This document shows, piece by piece, positions 19,616 to 29,559 of a stretch of 64,000 nucleotides of DNA. Under the pieces are notes generated by a model, which worked only from the letters and a program-made list of their open reading frames with translations, had not been told where the DNA came from and did not search any database. The translations under genes and the position numbers were made by a program. The stretch lies in assembly GCA_963845145.1 (NCBI GenBank), contig CAWJQU010000008.1:256001-320000 (forward strand). Reading direction: 5' to 3'. This DNA comes from an uncultured delta proteobacterium (GTDB lineage Bacteria; Desulfobacterota; Desulfobacteria; Desulfobacterales; QNYZ01). Within the stretch, counting starts at the first letter, position 1, and every line of letters begins with the position of its first letter.

Positions 19616-19882
19616 TTACTTCAATTGACTGTCTTTGCTGCCACGCCGGTTATAGCCGGACGTTTTCGACTGCTGCGTTTCGAACTCCGCCTGACATTCA
19701 ATGCAGAAAAACACCCCGGGAAGCGCTTTGCGGCGTGGCTCCGGAATCGTTTCGCCGCACTCCATACAATGGGTCCGACTCTCACCGCGAGACAACCGGC
19801 TTCTGGCCTGCTTAACCGCATCTTTGACGCTGGCATCGATCTGCTCTTGTACGGCCCCGTCACGGGCCCACCCGACAGCCAT
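19616..19882 (-). CDS. ybiI: DksA/TraR family C4 zinc-finger protein (YbiI-like)
   Basis: MAVGWARDGAVQEQID, CMEC...CIEC and C-terminal NRRGSKDSQL. Confidence 0.9.
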   Translation of the reverse strand: MAVGWARDGAVQEQIDASVKDAVKQARSRLSRGESRTHCMECGETIPEPRRKALPGVFFCIECQAEFETQQSKTSGYNRRGSKDSQLK

Positions 19883-20036
19883 TACCTACTCCTTATAAGA
19901 TGTTGTTCCTACATTTGGGTCCAGGACCTCAATCAATCGACCTAAGGGCAAAACATACACATCTTTTTATAATTTTAACAACCCCTTCTGTTTGCCGTTT
20001 CGAGACCGCCCGAAATCCCATAATGGATGTGTTTTT

Positions 20037-20121
20037 GTAGGGGCAATCCCTTGTGGTTGCCCGGTGGTATGATCGCCGGGATCCCACAAAGGGCATGGGC
20101 ACCCACAAGGGGCGCCCCTAC
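20037..20121. repeat. Inverted pair of GTAG-type REP elements (REPIN-like)
   Basis: GTAGGGGCAATCCCTTGTGGTTGCCC (20037-20062) and inverted GGGCACCCACAAGGGGCGCCCCTAC (20097-20121). Confidence 0.85.
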
Positions 20122-20177
20122 AGATAGAATCCACGCAAATAAAAGATTATTTTTTTGCATAGGCTGACCTATCCTTT

Positions 20178-20633
20178 TCATGTATTTCTCAGATACTTGG
20201 TTAACAATTTATCCAGTTGATTCGCAAAAACGTTCCGATCTTTTTGGCTTAGCGCCGCCGGACCGCCAGTATCTATTCCGCTGCCTCGCAACGTATCCAT
20301 GAAATCTCTCAAACTTAGACGTTCTCTAATATTCTCCGAATCATACAATTCTCCGCGAGGAGATAAGGCATAACATCCCTTTTCAACGACATCCGCCGCC
20401 AAGGGAATATCACTTGTAATGACAAGGTCTCCCGCGCTAAGCCTCTTGACGATCTCTTTATCAGCGACATCAAACCCAGAGGCTACTTGAAGCATCTTAA
20501 TCCAGGGTGAACGTGGTATGCGCATCGGTTGATTGGCGACAAGTGTTGCTTGCACCCCTGTCCTCGCGGCCGCTTTAAACAAAATGTTTTTAATCACGAC
20601 GGGGCATGCATCTGCGTCTATCCAGATTTTCAC
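20178..20633 (-). CDS. YaiI/YqxD (UPF0178) family protein
   Basis: [17 protein letters not shown] and [11 protein letters not shown]. Likely start is GTG 20633; the ORF-track extension overlaps hutC. Confidence 0.9.
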   Translation of the reverse strand: MKIWIDADACPVVIKNILFKAAARTGVQATLVANQPMRIPRSPWIKMLQVASGFDVADKEIVKRLSAGDLVITSDIPLAADVVEKGCYALSPRGELYDSENIRERLSLRDFMDTLRGSGIDTGGPAALSQKDRNVFANQLDKLLTKYLRNT

Positions 20634-20694
20634 TTCAGACCTTTTCTCATAGGGGAAAATCGCACTAATTGAAAGTGGCTCATTTGCTTGGGGT

Positions 20695-21531
20695 TTAGGA
20701 TTCAGATGGCTGATACGGCGACGACGGTTGGAACCGTCCGCCGAAACGATATCGGGAACCGGGGTGAATAAGCCGGCATCGGGTGACCACCCTGTTTTTC
20801 GTCCAGGTACGTCGATATAGGGCCAAACAGGGTTCCCGCGGACCGATCTCAAGTAACGCCTGGGTCTTTTTTTCGGGCAATATCGCCTCCACCACATGTT
20901 CAACCTCAGAAACCGGGACCTCGTTGAGAAGGTAACGACTGGGTGTTACTTCCTGGAAGTCCTGTTCCAGGAACTTGGGTGCCACAGCCGGATTGACATA
21001 CCGGTCCTCCAGCTGAACAGGCTGCCCGTTACCCGAATGGACAATCAACACATGATAAATTTCCGCACCTGCAGGCAGGGCCAGGGCCAGGGCCAGCTCT
21101 GGAAGTGCCGGCTCGCGCGTTTGGAGATGAATTCGACATGAATGTCTCCCCCCTTGCCGAGTGATCTCTTCAGCAATAGGATTGATTTCCAAAAAGGTGG
21201 CAATAGGATTATGCAACGCAACAAAGGTTCCCACCCCCTGGGACCGGGTTAGAATGCCTTCCGCGGTTAATTCCCGTAACGCGCGGTTTACGGTCATCTT
21301 TGACGTACCCAGTTCCCGTATGAGCGTGTTTTCAGAAGGCACCCGGGATTCGGGTGGCCAGAGTCCTGAATGGATTTGGGTAAGAATATACTCCTTAACC
21401 TGCTTATAAAGCGCCGTGGGCCGCATTCGTGATAACGTTGCGGGTGGTAGTTCGTTCACTGCACCCAATGAGGCGTCTGTTCCTTCTGGACGATTGTTCC
21501 GGTTTCTAACCTTGTGATGACCCGTTGACAT
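20695..21531 (-). CDS. hutC: Histidine utilization repressor (GntR wHTH plus UTRA)
   Basis: LYKQVK...RVPSENTL...[30 protein letters not shown] and EHVVEA. Start uncertain. Confidence 0.85.
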   Translation of the reverse strand: MSTGHHKVRNRNNRPEGTDASLGAVNELPPATLSRMRPTALYKQVKEYILTQIHSGLWPPESRVPSENTLIRELGTSKMTVNRALRELTAEGILTRSQGVGTFVALHNPIATFLEINPIAEEITRQGGRHSCRIHLQTREPALPELALALALPAGAEIYHVLIVHSGNGQPVQLEDRYVNPAVAPKFLEQDFQEVTPSRYLLNEVPVSEVEHVVEAILPEKKTQALLEIGPREPCLALYRRTWTKNRVVTRCRLIHPGSRYRFGGRFQPSSPYQPSES

Positions 21532-21580
21532 AGCTACTTAACAACATCGGTTTTATATAGGGGTGTCTTGACATACGAAT

Positions 21581-21600
21581 TGCACATATATATATAAGCA
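21581..21600. promoter_or_regulatory. Candidate HutC-type operator in divergent promoter
   Basis: Near-palindrome TGCACATATATATATAAGCA, loosely resembling the TGTATATACA core, just downstream of a TTGACA. Confidence 0.35.
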
Positions 21601-21613
21601 TATACTAATATCA

Positions 21614-22309
21614 GTGGTCAAGTGCAAACCTAATGGCCCAATGAATCCAGGATATTATCAGAAAAAACTCAGTGCTCAACGCCTCAACAAGGTGTATGAC
21701 ATAGCCGCCCCCCGGGTGCGGCAATACCTTTGGGCGGAAATAGATCACCTTCGAGATATCGTCCAACCGAATGATCGAATCCTGGAGTTGGGCTGCGGTA
21801 CTGGCCGGGTACTGGTTCCTCTGGCACACATCGCAGGAGGTGGATGGGGTATAGACCAGTCGCTTGAAAGCATATCATTCGCCCGGGTGGCACAACCGAA
21901 ATTACAATGGATAGTAATGGATGCTGCGGACCTTGGGTTCCGGGCCCAATATTTCGATGTTGTGGTCGGTGTGCAAAATTTTATCAGCGCCTGCCAGATA
22001 TCACCACCGGAATTACTAAGCCAGTGTCTGCGGGTTACCCGTCCGGGGGGGCAAATCTTGTTTTCCAGCTATACCGAACAATTCTGGCCCCATCGTCTGG
22101 CATGGTTCCGGGACCAAGCGGCAGCGACGCTAATCGGCGCCATTGACGAAGAGGCAACCGGAAATGGGATCATTATGGGTCAAGACGGTTTTCGCGCCAC
22201 CACTTTCAGTGCCGAAAACTTTACCACGCTAACCACGTCAATGGGATTAAAGGCCCATATTTATGAAGTAGATGAATCCAGTGTATTTTGCCGTGTTACG
22301 GCTGTCTGA
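21614..22309 (+). CDS. Class I SAM-dependent methyltransferase
   Basis: RILELGCGTGR motif I, and LRVTRPGG. Start may be ATG 21641. Confidence 0.88.
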   Translation: MVKCKPNGPMNPGYYQKKLSAQRLNKVYDIAAPRVRQYLWAEIDHLRDIVQPNDRILELGCGTGRVLVPLAHIAGGGWGIDQSLESISFARVAQPKLQWIVMDAADLGFRAQYFDVVVGVQNFISACQISPPELLSQCLRVTRPGGQILFSSYTEQFWPHRLAWFRDQAAATLIGAIDEEATGNGIIMGQDGFRATTFSAENFTTLTTSMGLKAHIYEVDESSVFCRVTAV

Positions 22310-22374
22310 CATCGATGTGTACAAGCCTGACCGTGTTAGTGTTAATGATAAAGTAAACAAAGAAAGGAGACACC

Positions 22375-23577
22375 ATGCCCAAAAAAACGATGATCATCGT
22401 ATTGTCCATTTGTTTCGCAGCAGGATTTTTAGGAATGGCTGCGGCCGCTGACCCGATCAAAATCGGGTTTCACGCCCCGTTAACCGGGTTTGCCGCCAGC
22501 GACGGCAAGTCTTCCACAGAAGGGGCCAAGTTAGCCATCAACCAGATCAACGCTGCAGGTGGTGTTTTGGGGCGTCAGCTTGAATTAATTAGCTATGACG
22601 ACCAAGCCAAACCGGCTCAAGCCATCCCCATTGCCAACAAGCTCATCGGTCAGGATAAAGTCGTGGTGGGGATTTCCGGGTCCTATTCGGGGGCAACCCG
22701 TTCGGCCGCTGGTGTATTCCAAGAAGCAAAGATCCCCTATATCAGTGCATATGCCATCCATCCTGATATTACGCGGGCCGGTGAGTATGTATTTCGCACG
22801 AGCTTTCTCGGCCAGGTTCAGGGCCGGGCCGGTGCGATGTTAATCGGCAAGACCATGGGCAAAAAAAGGGTGGTCGTCATTACGTTGCAAAATGATTTCG
22901 GCAAATCCTTGGCCGCTGGATTCAAGGAAAGAGCCGCCGCCTACGGGATTGATGTCGTCGCGGAGTATCAGTACTCGATCAAGGACCGTCAGTTTGGTTC
23001 GATCGTCACCAAGGTCAAGGCCGATAAGCCCGAAGCCATTTATGCTTCCGGTTATTACTTCACCGCAGGACCGCTGGTGAACCAATTGCGTGCCGCCGGC
23101 GTATCCTGTCCCATTATCGGACAAGAAGGTTACGACAGCCAGAAATTTATTGAGATTGCCGGTCCATCCGCCGAAGGCGTGATCATTACCACCAGCCTGG
23201 ATCGGGACTCCCAGGTGCCGGAAACGACCGGGTTTATAAACGCCTTTGAAAAGCAGGCGGGTTTTAAATCGGATATGGTTGCCGCCAGTGCTCACACAGC
23301 GGTCATGGTGGCCGCGGACGCGATAACTCGAGCCGGTAGCACTGAATCCAAACAAGTTCTCGCTGCAATCAAGGCCACGGATCTCAAGGTCTCAACCGGA
23401 ACCATCAAATTTAATGCGCTGGGCGAAGTTCTAAAAGCAGTCCAGGTGCAAGTGGTCAAAGACGGCAACTGGCACCACTATGGGATTATCGATGACGCCA
23501 CCTTGCTAGCTCCCCGGCCCAATAGTTCAAGCAGGTTTAGCTTTGTGGCCGTAATGATATTTAACCGTTCTGTTTAG
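22375..23577 (+). CDS. Branched-chain amino acid-type ABC substrate-binding protein (LivJ/K-like)
   Basis: Signal peptide, IKIGFHAPLTG and INAAGGVLGRQLEL. C-terminus may be extended by a missing C at about 23512-23515 (adding one gives ...APPAQ*). Confidence 0.9.
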   Translation: MPKKTMIIVLSICFAAGFLGMAAAADPIKIGFHAPLTGFAASDGKSSTEGAKLAINQINAAGGVLGRQLELISYDDQAKPAQAIPIANKLIGQDKVVVGISGSYSGATRSAAGVFQEAKIPYISAYAIHPDITRAGEYVFRTSFLGQVQGRAGAMLIGKTMGKKRVVVITLQNDFGKSLAAGFKERAAAYGIDVVAEYQYSIKDRQFGSIVTKVKADKPEAIYASGYYFTAGPLVNQLRAAGVSCPIIGQEGYDSQKFIEIAGPSAEGVIITTSLDRDSQVPETTGFINAFEKQAGFKSDMVAASAHTAVMVAADAITRAGSTESKQVLAAIKATDLKVSTGTIKFNALGEVLKAVQVQVVKDGNWHHYGIIDDATLLAPRPNSSSRFSFVAVMIFNRSV

Positions 23578-23607
23578 TTTTCTATTCTGCCGCTCAGGGT
23601 TATCGCC

Positions 23608-24468
23608 ATGCTCTATGTGGAATTATTGATTCAAGGTCTGATCTACGGTTGTATGTACGCGATTATCGCCGTGGGACTAACCCTGGTGTACGGGTTGTTG
23701 CGCATCCTGCATGTGGCCCATGCCGGACTCTTCGCCCTGGGCGGCTACCTGGGATTATTGATCACCAATGCCAGCGGTAGTCTAATTCTGGCCATGCCCC
23801 TCACGGCGGCTATTGTAGGGGTGGTGGGGATGATTATCTATCGGTTATGCTACCACCCTATTTTGGACCGCCCCCCCTATGTGGCCCTGATTGCTTCCAT
23901 CGGCCTTTTCATTGCTATGGAAGAACTCTTTCGTCTGATTTTCGGCCCTTTTGGGCTGACCTACAATACCGCACCATTACAAAATATAGTGCAATTTGCG
24001 GGTATCACCTTGCGCGCCGTTGATTTAGCCATTGTGGGGGGCAGCCTCTCGATGCTGGGCACCCTTACCTGGCTATCCCAGAAAACGCGCATCGGAATCG
24101 CCTGGCGGGCCACGGTTGATGATCCTCAGATGGCGGAAAGTTTTGGAATAAGTGTGCTTCGGGTACGCTATTTAAATTTTTTCATCGGATCGGCACTTGC
24201 CGCCGTAGCCGGTATTTTTATCTCTCTGCTTTCCAATCTTGTAGAACCCACTATGGGTGGGGTCCCCAGTTATAAAGCGTTGGCTATCATCGTGTTGGGT
24301 GGACTGGGTAATGTGGGTGGCACCCTCATTGCCGCATTGGTGTTGGGGGTTGTGGAGGTATTCGGGACCATCTATATCGGCAGTTATTTGGATCGCGACG
24401 CCATTGCCTTCGCGTTTCTAATTATCGTCCTGATGATCCGTCCCCAGGGCCTATTTACGGGAAGGTGA
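23608..24468 (+). CDS. livH: Branched-chain amino acid ABC permease
   Basis: AVGLTLVYG...HVAHAG, IIVLGGLG and IRPQGLF. Confidence 0.9.
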   Translation: MLYVELLIQGLIYGCMYAIIAVGLTLVYGLLRILHVAHAGLFALGGYLGLLITNASGSLILAMPLTAAIVGVVGMIIYRLCYHPILDRPPYVALIASIGLFIAMEELFRLIFGPFGLTYNTAPLQNIVQFAGITLRAVDLAIVGGSLSMLGTLTWLSQKTRIGIAWRATVDDPQMAESFGISVLRVRYLNFFIGSALAAVAGIFISLLSNLVEPTMGGVPSYKALAIIVLGGLGNVGGTLIAALVLGVVEVFGTIYIGSYLDRDAIAFAFLIIVLMIRPQGLFTGR

Positions 24469-24470
24469 GC

Positions 24471-25334
24471 ATGGGCATTTATGAACTCTCCCTGGCCACA
24501 GTGGTGGGGATCAATATTATTCTGGCGGTGGGATTGAATCTCATCACCGGGTTTTGTGGTCAAATCAGCCTTGGGCATGCCGCTTTTTACGGTATGGGTG
24601 CCTACACTGCCGCTCTCATGGCCAAAGCCGGTCTACCCGGCCCCATCAATCTTTTGGCCGCGATGCTGCTCACCGGTGGAATGGGTGCGGCTGTGGGGCT
24701 CACCAGCCTTCGGGTGCGGGAAGATTTCCTGGCCATCACCACCATGGGCGTCGGGTTTTTGTTTTTGGGATTTGTTCGTCAGCAAGAGAGTGTGCTCGGC
24801 GGTGAATTGGGTATCAGTTCCATACCGGCCTTCGGATTGGGCAAGGTGGGTTTTCTCTCCTTGGTCCTGGTGCTGGCCGCCCTGGTGACGGCTTTTAGTC
24901 TTTACATCAAACGCTCCTGGATGGGATTTGCCTTTGAAGCCGTCGCCGATGATGAGGATACCGCCCGGGTGCTTGCCGTGGATGTCTCTGCCTATAAGTT
25001 GGCCGCTTTTACGATGGGTACGGCACTGGCGGGTCTGGCGGGTGGGCTCTACTGCTATTTTGCCCGATTTATCGTACCGGATGATTTCGGCTTTATTACC
25101 TCCATTAGCGTGCTCTCCATGGTGGCGGTGGGTGGCATCGGTAGTGTATTCGGGGTTATCGCCGGAACCGCTCTTTTGACCCTAATGCCCGAGCTATTCC
25201 GTTTTATCAGCGACTACAAGCTGCTGGTATACGGCGCATTGCTTTTTGGCGTTATGCGCTTTGCGCCCGATGGTATCGCCGGACTCACCCGCGCGGTATT
25301 CACCCGTCGAATTCGAAAAAGGATAAAGGTATGA
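24471..25334 (+). CDS. livM: Branched-chain amino acid ABC permease
   Basis: GLNLITGFCGQISLGHAAFYGMGAY and LRVREDFLAITT. Confidence 0.9.
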   Translation: MGIYELSLATVVGINIILAVGLNLITGFCGQISLGHAAFYGMGAYTAALMAKAGLPGPINLLAAMLLTGGMGAAVGLTSLRVREDFLAITTMGVGFLFLGFVRQQESVLGGELGISSIPAFGLGKVGFLSLVLVLAALVTAFSLYIKRSWMGFAFEAVADDEDTARVLAVDVSAYKLAAFTMGTALAGLAGGLYCYFARFIVPDDFGFITSISVLSMVAVGGIGSVFGVIAGTALLTLMPELFRFISDYKLLVYGALLFGVMRFAPDGIAGLTRAVFTRRIRKRIKV

Positions 25335-26095
25335 CTACTTTATTGGACGTAGCGGGTGTAACCATGCATTTCGGTGGTGTGCACGCTTTGACGGATGTCT
25401 CCTTTCAGGTGAAGTCCGGTGAATTTCTCTGCCTCATCGGGCCCAACGGTGCCGGAAAGACGACCCTTCTTAAAGTGATTGTGGGCACCGTCTCGCCCCA
25501 GCATGCACAAATTCGATTGGGGGGAAAGAAGATCAGTGGCCTCCCCACCCATCGCCGGATCCGTGAAGGTCTGGCTCTGACCCATCAAATCGTACGCCCT
25601 TTCCGCTCCATGAATTTAACCGATAATGTAGCCTTGGCCGTAGGGTATCGCAGAATTCGGCGGGTATGGACCGCTTTGTCCGGAATAAATCGCACGGCCG
25701 AGCGGATAAAAGCAGATAAACTGTTGGACCTGGTTGGTATTGGGGATCATGCAAGTGAACCGGTCCAGGGTCAGCCTTTGGGGGTTTTAAAGCGCCTCGA
25801 GGTTGCGCGAGCCCTGGCTTTAGAACCACGACTTCTACTCCTTGACGAACCCCTGGCAGGCTTAAACCATGTGGAAGCCGCCCGATTGGCTGACACGGTG
25901 CTGGGGATTAACCGCACTGGACTTACCATCGTGATGATCGAACATAATCTGGGTGAGGTCCTGAGAATCGGCCATCGCCTGGTTGTTCTGGACAACGGCC
26001 GTAAAATTGCGGATGGCCTTCCCCAAGAAGTCATGCGGCAGCGAATCGTACGGGCAGCCTATGTGGGCAAGGAGGCGCATGATGCTGCGGCTTGA
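25331..26095 (+). CDS. livG: ABC transporter ATP-binding protein
   Basis: GPNGAGKTT, LLLDEPLAGL and IEHN. Confidence 0.9.
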   Translation: MTTLLDVAGVTMHFGGVHALTDVSFQVKSGEFLCLIGPNGAGKTTLLKVIVGTVSPQHAQIRLGGKKISGLPTHRRIREGLALTHQIVRPFRSMNLTDNVALAVGYRRIRRVWTALSGINRTAERIKADKLLDLVGIGDHASEPVQGQPLGVLKRLEVARALALEPRLLLLDEPLAGLNHVEAARLADTVLGINRTGLTIVMIEHNLGEVLRIGHRLVVLDNGRKIADGLPQEVMRQRIVRAAYVGKEAHDAAA

Positions 26096-26804
26096 AAAAT
26101 TAAGTTGCGGATATGGACCGATGCAGGCTGTCCACACACTTGATTTCGAAGCGCCGCCTGGAAAAATCTCGACGTTGTTGGGCGCCAATGGGGCCGGTAA
26201 GAGCTCAACCATTATGTGCATTGCCGGCCATGTTAAAGTTTTTTCGGGCCGCATCATTTACAATGACAACCCCATCATCAATTGGACCCCCATGAAACGG
26301 GTCGCAGCTGGAATTGCCCTGGTTCCCGAGGGACGCCGCCTGTTTAATGCCCTCACCGTCCGCGAGAACCTCGTGGTGGGCGGTTATTGCCGGGATAAAT
26401 CAAACACGGAGACCGGAATAGACCAAGTTCTAAGCATGTTTCCCCGCCTCGGGGAGCGCATCAACCAACGCGCCGGCTCCCTTTCCGGTGGCGAACAGCA
26501 GATGCTGGCCATTGGTCGCGCCCTGATGAGCCGTCCCAAATTACTCTTGATCGATGAGCTGAGCCTGGGACTTATGCCCAAGGTGATCGACATCTGTTAT
26601 GCTGCTATCACAGATTTAAAAGCCAAGGGAATGGCCATCGTCCTTGTCGAACAGTCTACCCAAAGAGCTCTGGAAGTGGCCGATCGGGTGACTGTTCTCG
26701 AAAGCGGAAAAATGGTCTGGCGGGGAACCGGTGTAGAAGCGCAGAATTCCACCGAAATGATTGATGCCTGCCTTGGATTAACGCAAACAACAAGACCAGC
26801 ATAA
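26079..26804 (+). CDS. livF: ABC transporter ATP-binding protein
   Basis: GANGAGKS, VPEGRRLF and LSGGEQQMLAIGRALM. RBS AGGAGG precedes ATG 26079. Confidence 0.9.
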   Translation: MMLRLEKLSCGYGPMQAVHTLDFEAPPGKISTLLGANGAGKSSTIMCIAGHVKVFSGRIIYNDNPIINWTPMKRVAAGIALVPEGRRLFNALTVRENLVVGGYCRDKSNTETGIDQVLSMFPRLGERINQRAGSLSGGEQQMLAIGRALMSRPKLLLIDELSLGLMPKVIDICYAAITDLKAKGMAIVLVEQSTQRALEVADRVTVLESGKMVWRGTGVEAQNSTEMIDACLGLTQTTRPA

Positions 26805-26807
26805 AGA

Positions 26808-27851
26808 TTATGAAAAGAGGGATTTATCCATGGCCTTTTCGTGGGCGGCCTCTTTGGTGATTTTATTCTCTTTGATTAATTGCTGTAAGTGCTGATCCAT
26901 GGTCTGCATTCCCATGGCCGTGCCGGTTTGAATCATCGAAGTAATCTGGGAAATTTTGTTTTCGCGGACCATGCTGGCAAGGGCACCGGAGCCCAAAAGG
27001 ATCTCGTTAGCCGCGCGACGCCCCTTGCCGTCAATCGTTTTTACCAACTGCTGGGCGATGACAGCCTTAAGCGATTCGGACAGCATGGTACGCGCCTGGG
27101 CCTGCTGATCACTGGGAAACGCATCGATAATACGGTCGATAGTTTTGGCAGCGCTATTGGTGTGTAGTGTACCAAAAACCAGAATGCCCAACTCCGCACA
27201 AGTCAGCGCTAACGATATTGTCTCAGTATCGCGCATTTCGCCCACCAGAATAATATCCGGATTTTCACGACCTGCCACAACGAGCGCCTCTGCAAAACTT
27301 CTTGCATGGGTCCCTATCTCGCGTTGGGTAAAGATGCACTTTCGATTCTGATGGACAAACTCCAGCGGATCTTCGATGGTAATGACATGAGCACTGCGCC
27401 GATCATTGATGTAATCGATCATGGCAGCCAGCGTCGTCGATTTGCCGCTACCCGTGGGCCCGGTGACCAATACCAGCCCTTTTTTGTATTCACTGATATT
27501 TTTAAGAACATCGGGCAGGTTAAGTTCTTCAAGTGTCATAATCTGAGTGGGGATGAGTCGGAAAACGGCGCCCAAACCACGATGCTGATAAAAATAGTTA
27601 CACCGGAAGCGACCTACACCCTGTAAAGCGTAGGCCATATCAAAATCGCGATGTTTCTCCACATGCTTGATCTGATCTTCAGATAATATGTCAAACAGAA
27701 AACGTTGATTGGTATCGGCAGTGAGCACTGGGTGGTCCAAAGCCACCAGTTCGCCATGCAGCCTGATGAGCGGCGGAAAACCGATCACCATATGCAGATC
27801 ACTGGCGCCTTGAATTTCCATCTCTTTAAAATAGGTGTCGATTTGGGGCAT
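26808..27851 (-). CDS. pilT: Type IV pilus retraction ATPase (PilT family)
   Basis: ASDLH, GPTGSGKSTT, TIEDPLE, GEMRD, TLHTNSA and GMQTMD. Confidence 0.92.
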   Translation of the reverse strand: MPQIDTYFKEMEIQGASDLHMVIGFPPLIRLHGELVALDHPVLTADTNQRFLFDILSEDQIKHVEKHRDFDMAYALQGVGRFRCNYFYQHRGLGAVFRLIPTQIMTLEELNLPDVLKNISEYKKGLVLVTGPTGSGKSTTLAAMIDYINDRRSAHVITIEDPLEFVHQNRKCIFTQREIGTHARSFAEALVVAGRENPDIILVGEMRDTETISLALTCAELGILVFGTLHTNSAAKTIDRIIDAFPSDQQAQARTMLSESLKAVIAQQLVKTIDGKGRRAANEILLGSGALASMVRENKISQITSMIQTGTAMGMQTMDQHLQQLIKENKITKEAAHEKAMDKSLFS

Positions 27852-27852
27852 A

Positions 27853-28920
27853 TTATTGGGTTTCCTTTCCCAGAGCGGATTTAAAGCGACGCGGGTCGTT
27901 GGCATAATCGTAGGCGGACTGTGTGCTGATCTTTCCTTCCTTTAACAGTGCGTCGATGGAATCATCCATCAACTGCATCCCAACACCCTTCCCTGTTTGC
28001 ATCATGGAACCAATCTGAAATGTTTTGCCATCCTTTATCAAGTTGACCAAAGGCAGGGTACCAATAAGTATTTCTGTAGCCAGTTCCATATTCTGGCCCT
28101 GATTACTTTTAATCAGGCGCTGCGTCACGACCGCCCGCAAAGCTTCGCTTAACATCGCACGTATTTGGTTTTGCTGAGTAGCGGGAAATACGTCGATGAT
28201 GCGGTCAATGGTTTTGGGGCCGCTGGATGTCGCCAGTGTACCGATAACCAAATGCCCGGTTTCAGCAGCTGATATCGCCATTGCGATGGTCTCTAAGTCC
28301 CGTAATTCACCAATCACAATCACGTCCGGATCTTCTCTTAAGGCACTTTTAAGCGCATTGCCATAAGACAAGGTGTCTTTGTTCAGTTGGCGTTGATTGA
28401 CCACTCCTTTTTTCAGCGGGTGGACAAACTCGATGGGATCTTCAATGGTTAGAATATGATGCGCGCGGTGGGTATTTAGATGGTCTACCATGGCTGCCAG
28501 AGTTGTGGATTTACCCTGCCCGGTCGCCCCGGTTACCAGGACCATTCCCTGATGATTTTCAAGGATCTTTTCCACAATTTGGGGCAAGCCCAAGTCAACC
28601 AAAAGGGGTATTTTGGGAGGGATCACCCGAAATACGGCACTCAAGCCCCGGTTGTGCTGCATGGCACTACCTCGAAAACGCCCCAACCCCTTTATCTCAT
28701 AAGCAAAATCAACCTGGAGTGCGGTGTGCAGTGTTTTTAACTGGGATGGTGTCAATATCTCTTGGATCGCTTGAGTACTCGTATCGGTCGTAAGTGGTTT
28801 GCTTTTTAATTTAACAATGCTGCCTTGCAGTCGCAGCATAAACGGCTCTCCGGGCACCACGTGAATATCGGAGGCTTTATAATTAAGAGCGGCCTTAAAC
28901 ACTTGGTCCAATATTGCCAT
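27853..28920 (-). CDS. pilT: Type IV pilus retraction ATPase (PilT family paralog)
   Basis: ASDIH, GATGQGKSTT, TIEDPIE and LREDPDVIVIGELRD. His-box reads TLATSSG instead of TLHT. Confidence 0.88.
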   Translation of the reverse strand: MAILDQVFKAALNYKASDIHVVPGEPFMLRLQGSIVKLKSKPLTTDTSTQAIQEILTPSQLKTLHTALQVDFAYEIKGLGRFRGSAMQHNRGLSAVFRVIPPKIPLLVDLGLPQIVEKILENHQGMVLVTGATGQGKSTTLAAMVDHLNTHRAHHILTIEDPIEFVHPLKKGVVNQRQLNKDTLSYGNALKSALREDPDVIVIGELRDLETIAMAISAAETGHLVIGTLATSSGPKTIDRIIDVFPATQQNQIRAMLSEALRAVVTQRLIKSNQGQNMELATEILIGTLPLVNLIKDGKTFQIGSMMQTGKGVGMQLMDDSIDALLKEGKISTQSAYDYANDPRRFKSALGKETQ

Positions 28921-29047
28921 ATCATCCTCTTATCATTTTCAGCATGCAGGGATTGGAGGAACTGAATTGAGTCGCCGGGGAGGGTTTAACCGGCTTCTTT
29001 TAGGGGTTACATAACGCAACTTTCAAACTTGATCTTAAACCCGCGGG

Positions 29048-29281
29048 TCATACCGGGAAAACCGCTTCAATCGCATCGCGTCGCACATTGATAAAATTAT
29101 AGCTTTCAACATCCCCGGTTTTTCGATCCGTTATGCTGGCCGCTGTAACCGCCATAAATGATTTGGCTTCCACAAGATAATCGGTGAGCCGCGCTCCGTG
29201 GTAGAGTGCAACTTCACCCTCTATTCGGCAGGTCGCCGTTAGAATCACCACATTGTAACGATCTTCTCTATCAGAATTCAT
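29048..29281 (-). CDS. Small conserved beta-rich protein (DUF6812-like)
   Basis: RIEGEVAL...RLTDYL....FMAVT pattern. RBS GAGGT precedes ATG 29281. Confidence 0.6.
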   Translation of the reverse strand: MNSDREDRYNVVILTATCRIEGEVALYHGARLTDYLVEAKSFMAVTAASITDRKTGDVESYNFINVRRDAIEAVFPV

Positions 29282-29559
29282 GTGCACCTCCGATACACCA
29301 TATTGATAACGGTTAGTCCGAAATCGCTCATTATTTTTGAAAATAGCTTTATAGTGATGCAATCAACAGCTAAATCTGTAAATAGCCCTGCACGTAGCCC
29401 AGTGCATGATATAGTATACAGCACTGATTCATCCTCGGGCGTGCTCGTTATTTATTATCGGCAGGTTTGAATAAAAATGAAGTAAATTCTGTTAAAATGG
29501 GTTGTATATATATACTTTTATTTGAATAATCGATAGGTTAGAAAAAAAGGATTCACCCA

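Noticed and set aside
19447..19945. Plus-strand ORFs of 122 and 161 aa
   Set aside because: Antisense to the well-supported ybiI-like gene, with no recognisable motifs.
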